Shown here one piece after another: positions 17,438 through 23,895 of a DNA stretch of 23,895 nt. Under the pieces are notes generated by a model. That model saw nothing but the letters and a program-made list of their open reading frames with translations. It had not been told where the DNA came from and did no database searches. The position numbers and the translations under genes are program-made. The stretch comes from Sulfurimonadaceae bacterium. Lineage in GTDB: Bacteria > Campylobacterota > Campylobacteria > Campylobacterales > Sulfurimonadaceae. The stretch covers positions 1-23,895 of the forward strand of contig JBFESZ010000025.1 in assembly GCA_041548245.1 (NCBI GenBank). The letters run 5' to 3'. Within the stretch, counting starts at the first letter, position 1. Each line of letters opens with the position of its first letter.

Positions 17438-18100
17438 ATGATAAAAATATTGATGATAGAAGATGACTATGAGTTGGCTGAAGTCCTAAGCGAATATCTG
17501 GAAGCTCTTGGTATGAGCATTGAGACGGAAGAAGATCCATTTAAAGCGCTTAGTCGTCTCAAGCTGGAAAAGTTTGATCTGGTCATTTTGGATTTGACAC
17601 TGCCTGGAATGGATGGATTGGAAGTATGCGCCGAAGTACGTGCAAAGCAGAATGTTCCAATCATCATCTCATCCGCACGCTCAGATATCAAGGACAAGGT
17701 GAGTGCCTTGGAACTGGGTGCGGATGATTACCTCCCAAAACCGTATGACCCTCGTGAACTTGAAGCGCGTATTCACTCTGTACTTCGAAGGTATGAAAAT
17801 TCTGATAATGATGCTCAGAGTGATCACTCTGATTTTTCCCTGGACACAGAAGCGATGGAGATACGCTATAAGAACAGACTTTTGGATCTTACCAATGCAG
17901 AATACGGGATATTGGCATTTATGATCAAAAAACAGGGCTTTGTCATTTCCAGAGAGGACCTTATCCACAACGTTGCTGCAATCAATGAAGAGAGTTCAAA
18001 TAAAAGTATTGATGTGATGGTCGGGCGTATCCGTAATAAAATCGGTGATAAGACGCTGATCGAGTCTATCCGCGGTATCGGTTATAAACTCCTCAAGTGA
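17438..18100 (+). CDS. OmpR-family response regulator (RacR/ArsR-like)
   Basis: 'ILMIEDD', 'ILDLTLPGMDG', 'DDYLPKPYD', winged helix 'SIDVMVGRIRNKI...IRGIGYKL'. Confidence 0.95.
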   Translation: MIKILMIEDDYELAEVLSEYLEALGMSIETEEDPFKALSRLKLEKFDLVILDLTLPGMDGLEVCAEVRAKQNVPIIISSARSDIKDKVSALELGADDYLPKPYDPRELEARIHSVLRRYENSDNDAQSDHSDFSLDTEAMEIRYKNRLLDLTNAEYGILAFMIKKQGFVISREDLIHNVAAINEESSNKSIDVMVGRIRNKIGDKTLIESIRGIGYKLLK

Positions 18101-18126
18101 CCTATGCTTGGATAAAAGAGAAGTGA

Positions 18127-19431
18127 TTGCCTAGATATTCCATACTCATAACGGTTTTGATTGCCTTGATCGTAACGTTGAGTACTGTCAGTTATACCGT
18201 ATGGGAATTTTATAAACTCAACCGTCAACAATATCTTTCAAACATCTTTTCAAAAAATGAGCTTATCCGTCAAATCTATAATGACACTCTAGAACGAGAG
18301 AGTCCGCCTTCCGTTTTGGAAACCAATTTGGAACTTTATCAGCTGTATAGTGTTCATGATAATGCATTGCGTGAAAGAATATTTACAGATGCAGAGCGTG
18401 TTCAGAAAGAGACATTTGAGACCTATAGTGAACTGGAAACAAATGATAAAGCGATGCGTTTTGCCCCTGCACTTTTAAGAGAGAATTGGATTGAGATGAT
18501 GATTTATAATGAGACAATATATTTTCATCTCAATACGCTTCATACCTCATTGCTCCTTGAAGCACGTGGACTTGAACCGTACCGAATGGGTAATCTTTTA
18601 TATGCTTATCTGACAATTGTATGGATTATTCTATTTTCATTCTTTTATATCTTTAGAAGTTTCTATCCACTGCAAAAACTTCGTAACAAGATCAAGAGGT
18701 TTGCGGATGGAGACCTGCAGGTCTCTTTCAAGGTTGAAGGCAAGGATGAAATATCCGAAGTCTCTAATGAGTTTGACAATGCGGCAAAAAAAATAAATGC
18801 ATTGATAGAATCGCGTAATCTTTTTTTACGCAATATTATGCATGAACTCAAAACACCTATTACCAAAGGACGTTTTTCAGTTGAGATGCTTGATGATACA
18901 AAATACAAGACACGTCTTTTGAATGTCTTTATCAGAATGGAGAGTCTCATCAATGAGATGGCCTTGGTTGAGCAGATCACTTCAGGATTTGAACAGACAC
19001 ATATCGAAGAGTACAGAGCCGTAGATATCATTGCTGAAGCCATTGACCTTGGTTTTTTTGAAGAGGAGAACTATACCCTTGATATCAATAATGATCTGCT
19101 GTTCAAGGTCGACTTTAAACTTTTTGCAACGGCTATCAAAAATATGATCGATAATGCCATTAAATATTCCGATGACAAGAGAGTTGTCATAACAGCACGG
19201 GATGGAAAGCTTCTTTTTGAGAATTACGGTAAAGGTCTGGATGAGCCTCTTGCCTACTATACCGAACCCTTTACCAAGTCACATAAGGCAGTGCACAGCT
19301 TTGGTCTGGGGCTTTATATCGTCAATGCCATCTTGGAGTCGCATGGGTATAGGCTTGCATACGAGTATCTAAACGGATGGAACCGGTTCTGGTTTGAGAA
19401 GAAAAGTGATTTTATCGGCAAGGTGAGCTAA
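18127..19431 (+). CDS. HAMP sensor histidine kinase (RacS/ArsS-like), cognate to the upstream regulator
   Basis: TTG start; two TMs; HAMP 'GKDEISEVSNEFD'; H-box 'IMHELKTPITKG'; N-box 'NMIDNAIKY'; G2 'FGLGLYIV'. Confidence 0.93.
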   Translation: MPRYSILITVLIALIVTLSTVSYTVWEFYKLNRQQYLSNIFSKNELIRQIYNDTLERESPPSVLETNLELYQLYSVHDNALRERIFTDAERVQKETFETYSELETNDKAMRFAPALLRENWIEMMIYNETIYFHLNTLHTSLLLEARGLEPYRMGNLLYAYLTIVWIILFSFFYIFRSFYPLQKLRNKIKRFADGDLQVSFKVEGKDEISEVSNEFDNAAKKINALIESRNLFLRNIMHELKTPITKGRFSVEMLDDTKYKTRLLNVFIRMESLINEMALVEQITSGFEQTHIEEYRAVDIIAEAIDLGFFEEENYTLDINNDLLFKVDFKLFATAIKNMIDNAIKYSDDKRVVITARDGKLLFENYGKGLDEPLAYYTEPFTKSHKAVHSFGLGLYIVNAILESHGYRLAYEYLNGWNRFWFEKKSDFIGKVS

Positions 19432-19434
19432 AGC

Positions 19435-20682
19435 TTATCTCTTAAGTAAGAACTCTTCTATCTCTGTTGCTTTGTCGATGATGGTTTGCATCTCTTCCTG
19501 ATTAGCCTTTGCTGTATCAGCTGCTTGGATGATGGCCTGAACGATAATGGATATAGAGGTGTGTATATCGGAAAGACTTTTTTGAGTCTTGTCGGCTAGC
19601 TTGCGTACTTCATCGGCAACAACGGCAAACCCCCGACCATGTTCGCCTGCTCTTGCCGCTTCAATGGCAGCATTGAGAGCAAGCAGATTGGTCTGATCTG
19701 CGATATCGCCGATAACTTCTAAAACATTTTTAATATCCCGCGTATCACTGCTGAGTTGTTCAAACTGCACTTGAAACTCATCTTGTCTCTGGATGGAAGA
19801 CTCAAGTGAATGGTTGAGGGTCTGAATACGGTGTGTGACAGTCTCCTTTTGCAAGAGCAGTTCGTTCTCTTTTTGGTGCTTCCTATCTGCATTATGAAGC
19901 TCTTCTTCGAGATGTTCTACCTTTTCACTAAGCCTGTGTTTAAGTTCTTTTTCATCGGCCAGGGTCTTTGTAAGTTCTGTTTTTTTATGTTCAAAACTTT
20001 TTTCCAGGGAGGCTTTTTCGCGTTCGAGATAAACAAGGCGATCTTGGGTATGAAGGTTTTCCTCTTTAGCACGCGAAAGCTCAATTCTGATCTTTTCAAA
20101 CACGTTACTATCAGAAAGTTCTGATGAGAAACTCTCTAATCCAGTTTGCAAATACGCATATGTTTTCCAAATATAGATAAGAGCTACAAGCGTCAAAGCA
20201 ATGATGAAAGAGAGGAAAAGCATATAGGTGTTATTCTCTTTCAACGGTACGGATGCTTTTTGACTTTGTTTTATAAGCTCAAGTCCGATTCTGTTCATGG
20301 ACTCATATTCAGCTTGAAGTTCGGAAGCAAGTTCTGACTTGTCAGCAGGCAGGTTTTCAATAACCGTACTGATGTGAGCGGACATTCGCTCCTGAAGTTG
20401 ATGGTCGACAGGTGTGTTGAAACTTAAACGCGAAGCGATCTCTTCATGCGATGCCAAGATCAGATAGACAAGGGGTAGTTTTTCTTCGGCTTTAAGCTCC
20501 AAGCTGATTGCATCACTTAGTTTTTTAAGTCTTTCATAGCTCTGTTCAAACTTAGATACGTCAATATTTTTTACAGCTCTACTGGTATCTTCAGAAGAAA
20601 GCCTAAGAAAGAGAAGTATAGTGATACTCAGTAGCCCAATAAAGGCACTTATGATAATAAAACGGTTTTTGATTTCAGTCAT
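19435..20682 (-). CDS. Chemoreceptor-like protein with a shortened signalling domain
   Basis: Two TMs, a coiled coil and an intact MCP hairpin tip ([37 protein letters not shown]); ends about 47 aa after this motif. Confidence 0.88.
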   Translation of the reverse strand: MTEIKNRFIIISAFIGLLSITILLFLRLSSEDTSRAVKNIDVSKFEQSYERLKKLSDAISLELKAEEKLPLVYLILASHEEIASRLSFNTPVDHQLQERMSAHISTVIENLPADKSELASELQAEYESMNRIGLELIKQSQKASVPLKENNTYMLFLSFIIALTLVALIYIWKTYAYLQTGLESFSSELSDSNVFEKIRIELSRAKEENLHTQDRLVYLEREKASLEKSFEHKKTELTKTLADEKELKHRLSEKVEHLEEELHNADRKHQKENELLLQKETVTHRIQTLNHSLESSIQRQDEFQVQFEQLSSDTRDIKNVLEVIGDIADQTNLLALNAAIEAARAGEHGRGFAVVADEVRKLADKTQKSLSDIHTSISIIVQAIIQAADTAKANQEEMQTIIDKATEIEEFLLKR

Positions 20683-20714
20683 ACTTTGCTAAAGCACTTT
20701 TTATGCCATAAGTC

Positions 20715-20722
20715 ATTATAAT
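20715..20722. promoter_or_regulatory. Palindromic ATTATAAT giving overlapping -10 boxes for surE (plus) and the MCP (minus)
   Basis: TATAAT at 20717-20722 (+) and at 20720-20715 (-) in a 46-bp divergent gap. Confidence 0.55.
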
Positions 20723-20728
20723 AGTTGA

Positions 20729-21502
20729 ATGAAAGAAATATTGATAACGAATGATGATGGCTTTGATGCCAATGGGTTGAAAGCGCTGATAGAAGCATTA
20801 AAAGACTTGGCTCATTTGACTATTGTAGCACCCACAAGTGAAAAATCGGCTTGCGGGCACTCCTTAACCTTGACAAGACCCTTGCGTTTTGTCGAAGTTG
20901 ATGATGACTTCTATAAACTCGATGACGGAACACCCAGTGACTGTGTCTATTTAGCATTGCATTCACTCTATGGGGATAAAAAACCGGATCTGTTGGTGTC
21001 GGGAATAAACAGGGGTGCTAACATGGGGGAGGATATTACCTATTCGGGAACAGTTGCAGGTGCAATGGAAGCGGTACTGCATGATGTCCCGGCAATTGCT
21101 ATATCTCAGGTCCTGGGGAACTCTCAGCATGGACTTGATGTGGATTATACCCTGGCACAGAAGGTCATAAGAGAGTTGGTTGAGAAAATCTTTGAAGGTG
21201 AGTTCCCTCTCGAGCACCGTGAACTACTAAATGTCAATGTTCCTCCTGATACCAAAGAGATAGAGTATCAAGTGACCTACGCAGGCTATCGGTTTTATGA
21301 GAATGACGCCCATCTGCACCGAAACCCCAGAGCAGAGGAACATTGGTGGCTGGGACTTCACCCCCTGCAGTTTAAAGGAAGAGATCGAGATGGAATGACG
21401 GACTTTGATGCAATCGAAGCCGGTAAGGTATCATTGACACCGGTTATGCTTGATTTGACTGCATATAAGTCTATGCAGAGACTGGAGGCATTCCTTGCCT
21501 AG
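20729..21502 (+). CDS. surE: 5'/3'-nucleotidase SurE
   Basis: 'ILITNDDG', 'SACGHSLT', 'DGTPSDCV', 'VSGINRGANMGEDITYSGTVAGAMEA'. Confidence 0.97.
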   Translation: MKEILITNDDGFDANGLKALIEALKDLAHLTIVAPTSEKSACGHSLTLTRPLRFVEVDDDFYKLDDGTPSDCVYLALHSLYGDKKPDLLVSGINRGANMGEDITYSGTVAGAMEAVLHDVPAIAISQVLGNSQHGLDVDYTLAQKVIRELVEKIFEGEFPLEHRELLNVNVPPDTKEIEYQVTYAGYRFYENDAHLHRNPRAEEHWWLGLHPLQFKGRDRDGMTDFDAIEAGKVSLTPVMLDLTAYKSMQRLEAFLA

Positions 21503-22136
21503 GTATGAACGCTCAAGAATGCTTTTGGGAGACGATTTTAATAAACTGAAAGATGCCAAGATACTGCTTTTAGGTGTAGGTGGGGTAGGAAGTTTTTGTC
21601 TGGACTGTTTGCATAGAAACGGGATACATGACATTACTATCATTGACTTTGATACTTATGACGAAAGTAATCAAAATCGTCAGATGTGGTCTGAGCTTCA
21701 TATGGGAGAGTCAAAGGTAGAAGCTCTTAAAAAACATTATCCAGAGATAAATATCATGAATATGAAGATCACACCAGAATGGGTGGAAGCGTTTGACTTC
21801 GAACCGTATGATCTGGTATTGGATGCGATAGACGATATTCACGCTAAACTGGCTTTGGCTCAAAAGTGCTACGCAAAGCTTATCTCCGCGACCGGTTCAG
21901 CGAAACGACTTGACCCTACAAAGATTGAAGTCGCGACGATTTGGAAGACACATGGGGATCGTTTTGCATCCAAGATCCGCTATGAACTAAAAAAGCGCCG
22001 TTTTTCTAAAAAGTACCCCGTGATCTTTTCCTCTGAACCGGCTCGTACTAAGGTCAAAGGCAGTTTTGTCGGAGTGACAGGGGCTTTTGGTATGACAATG
22101 TGCTCCTTGGCCATTAAAAGACTCATTGAAAAGTAA
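21495..22136 (+). CDS. tcdA: ThiF/MoeB-family E1-like enzyme, probably tRNA threonylcarbamoyladenosine dehydratase
   Basis: 'LLGVGGVGS', 'DFDTYDESNQNRQ', 'VLDAID', 'GSAKRLDPT', 'GSFVGVTGAFG'. The TTG start overlaps the surE stop by 8 bp. Confidence 0.85.
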   Translation: MPRYERSRMLLGDDFNKLKDAKILLLGVGGVGSFCLDCLHRNGIHDITIIDFDTYDESNQNRQMWSELHMGESKVEALKKHYPEINIMNMKITPEWVEAFDFEPYDLVLDAIDDIHAKLALAQKCYAKLISATGSAKRLDPTKIEVATIWKTHGDRFASKIRYELKKRRFSKKYPVIFSSEPARTKVKGSFVGVTGAFGMTMCSLAIKRLIEK

Positions 22137-23420
22137 ATGAGACAGACAGTCCGCGCACCCTCGATTAAGGATGCTGTTTGGTTAAATTGCACTCCTCTCG
22201 GAAATGATGCATTAAGAGGGAAGATAGTTTTGCTGGACTTTTTTACCTATTGCTGTATGAACTGTCTTAATGTACTACCAGACTTGAAGGTGTTAGAAGA
22301 GGAGTTTAAAAATGAACTTCTGATCATAGGAGTCCATTCGGGAAAACATCTGCATGAAAAAGAAAATGCCTCTATTATGGATGCAATAGAGCGTTACAGC
22401 ATTGAGCATTGTGTGATCAATGATAGGGATATGAGGTTGTGGGATGCTTATGGAATAAGGGCATGGCCCACGCTTGTATTGATAGACCCGAAAGGGTATA
22501 TAGTGGTTCAGTATCAGGGAGAAGGACAGCTTTCCGCTTTAAGAGAAGATATAAAAGAACTCCTTGCAGAACATACTGTCAATCATACGCGTTTTGAAAT
22601 CAGAGAGAGGCCAGTAAGAACAGATATTTTAAAATATCCACAGAAAATATATTGTGCGGATGAGTATCTTTTTATTTCGCATTCGGATGAGGTTTTGGTC
22701 TGTACTTATGAAGGAGATGTTCTTCACAGGATCGATGACATCGCAGGGGCGCAGAGTATGCTCTATATTGACAAGAAACTCTATGTCTCTTCATGTACAG
22801 AGGGCAAGGTTTTTGAAGTCAGTGAAGAGTTTCAAAAGCGTAGTGTTTGGCTTGAGGGGCTTCGAAACCCTTATGGGCTTGAGACAGATGGCAGGTTTAT
22901 GTACATCGGTTTGGCAGGTTCACATGAGATCAAAATTTATGAGATTTCAACAAGAAAAGAGCGCTTTTCTATTGGTCAAGAGAACTCGGAGTCTTTGAAT
23001 GACGGGGCTTTTGCTGAAGCTGTTTTGGCGCAGCCAGGAGGGCTTAGTATACTAGAAGATGAACTGTGGTTCGTTGACAGTGAAAGTTCCAGTCTTAGGT
23101 CTGCAGCAGATGGAAAGGTGAGTTCCCATATTTTTAATAGTGATGAACTTCAACACCCCCTTGATATCTGTGTAGGAAAATATGGAGATGGATGCGGAGG
23201 AGGCCGGGTTTTTATAGCAGACAGCTATAATAACAGGATTAAAGTCTATAATCCTCAGACACAAGAGGTCTTGACATTGATTGAAGGGCTGTCCGAGCCA
23301 TCGGGTATCTGCAAAAAAGGATGCCATCTGTTTATTGCGAACACGAATGCCCATGAGATTGTCATCTTTGATCTTTCCAAGATGCATAAATCATCTTTAA
23401 TATTGAAGGAAGCATATTGA
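22137..23420 (+). CDS. Thioredoxin-like + NHL-repeat beta-propeller protein (NHLRC2/SOQ1-like)
   Basis: 'LRGKIVLLDFFTYCCMNC', 'IIGVHSGK', 'YGIRAWPTLVLIDPKG', then NHL-type repeats ('LKYPQKI', 'LRNPYGL', 'LAQPGGL', 'LQHPLDI', 'FIADSYNNRIK', 'LSEPSGI', 'FIANTNAHEI'). Confidence 0.88.
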   Translation: MRQTVRAPSIKDAVWLNCTPLGNDALRGKIVLLDFFTYCCMNCLNVLPDLKVLEEEFKNELLIIGVHSGKHLHEKENASIMDAIERYSIEHCVINDRDMRLWDAYGIRAWPTLVLIDPKGYIVVQYQGEGQLSALREDIKELLAEHTVNHTRFEIRERPVRTDILKYPQKIYCADEYLFISHSDEVLVCTYEGDVLHRIDDIAGAQSMLYIDKKLYVSSCTEGKVFEVSEEFQKRSVWLEGLRNPYGLETDGRFMYIGLAGSHEIKIYEISTRKERFSIGQENSESLNDGAFAEAVLAQPGGLSILEDELWFVDSESSSLRSAADGKVSSHIFNSDELQHPLDICVGKYGDGCGGGRVFIADSYNNRIKVYNPQTQEVLTLIEGLSEPSGICKKGCHLFIANTNAHEIVIFDLSKMHKSSLILKEAY

Positions 23421-23895
23421 AATTACTAGTATCTGCATTGGAACCATCATCAAACCTGCACTTAAAAGCGCTCTACCCACATTTGGAAGGGGCTGAACTA
23501 TGCGGTATCTTTGATGAGAGTATGGGCATTCCTTTATATAGTCCAAAATCATTTTCTGTAATGGGTATCAAAGATGTGATTGGAAAGATATTTGCTGCGA
23601 AAGAGGCAATGGCTGAACTGGTCTTTTTAGCTGCTGATGCAGACAAAATATTGTTAATCGATGCACCTGCTTTCAATCTTCCGCTTGCTAAAAAGATCAA
23701 AGAAAAATACCCGGATAAAGAGATCTCCTACTATATTCTTCCCAAAGTATGGGCATGGAAGAAAAAACGGGCGGAAAAGGTCAATAGCTATTGTGACAAG
23801 CTGCTCTCTATTTTTCCATTTGAAGATCAGTTCTACCCTCGTTCAACTTATGTAGGCAATCCTTTGATGGATGAAATTCAATCATTTAAAAGCAA
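23417..23895 (+). CDS. lpxB: Lipid-A-disaccharide synthase, 3'-truncated by the window edge (absent from the ORF track)
   Basis: Manual translation from the TTG at 23417 (TTGA overlap): MKLLVSALEPSSNLHLK...FSVMGIKDV...LLIDAPAFNLPLAKKIK...YYILPKVWAWKKKR...IFPFE...YVGNPLMD, open to the end. Confidence 0.93.
   Translation, partial: MKLLVSALEPSSNLHLKALYPHLEGAELCGIFDESMGIPLYSPKSFSVMGIKDVIGKIFAAKEAMAELVFLAADADKILLIDAPAFNLPLAKKIKEKYPDKEISYYILPKVWAWKKKRAEKVNSYCDKLLSIFPFEDQFYPRSTYVGNPLMDEIQSFKS

Noticed and set aside
18127-18138. The kinase (18127) and tcdA (21495) both start TTGCCTAGrTAT (MPRY)
   Set aside because: The match is only 12 bp with no flanking similarity; treated as coincidence.
23473-23855. 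ORF-track entries 23473..23700 (-) and 23661..23855 (+)
   Set aside because: Shadows of lpxB, which starts at 23417 and runs off the window.

Overview
Gene-dense chromosomal window from a free-living Campylobacterota (epsilon-proteobacterium), most likely Sulfurimonas/Sulfurovum-like. The assignment is inferred from the 'AHQWRQPLN' kinase H-box, the 'MKLLVSALEPSSNLHL' LpxB start, the surE-tcdA-lpxB linkage and the (TG)nTAnAAT promoters. In order, it contains: the 3' end of a CuA-type cytochrome c oxidase subunit II with two C-terminal c-haems plus haem O synthase; two small membrane proteins; a HIT protein; a DEAD-box helicase; rmuC; a Cache histidine kinase and a convergent OmpR-type regulator; a DUF1624 protein; adk; a pssA-like gene and a GDSL hydrolase; an OprD-family porin; a chemoreceptor; Fur-box-preceded feoAB; a second two-component system; a second chemoreceptor; and a surE-tcdA-(thioredoxin/NHL)-lpxB operon running off the right end. 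I saw no rRNA, tRNA, CRISPR array or mobile element. The most notable observations are: (i) subunit II appears to be a chimera of an A-family CuA domain and a cbb3 CcoP-type dihaem module; (ii) an 86-aa membrane-anchored protein built from tandem [D/E]RR motifs is a candidate c-di-GMP binder or sponge; (iii) the DEAD-box helicase has a structured 5' leader with alternative pairings; (iv) an NHLRC2/SOQ1-like CCxNC thioredoxin-NHL gene is coupled between tcdA and lpxB; (v) adk is of the E. coli-like long form; (vi) several genes are probably leaderless. All homology calls come from motif recognition, not database searches.
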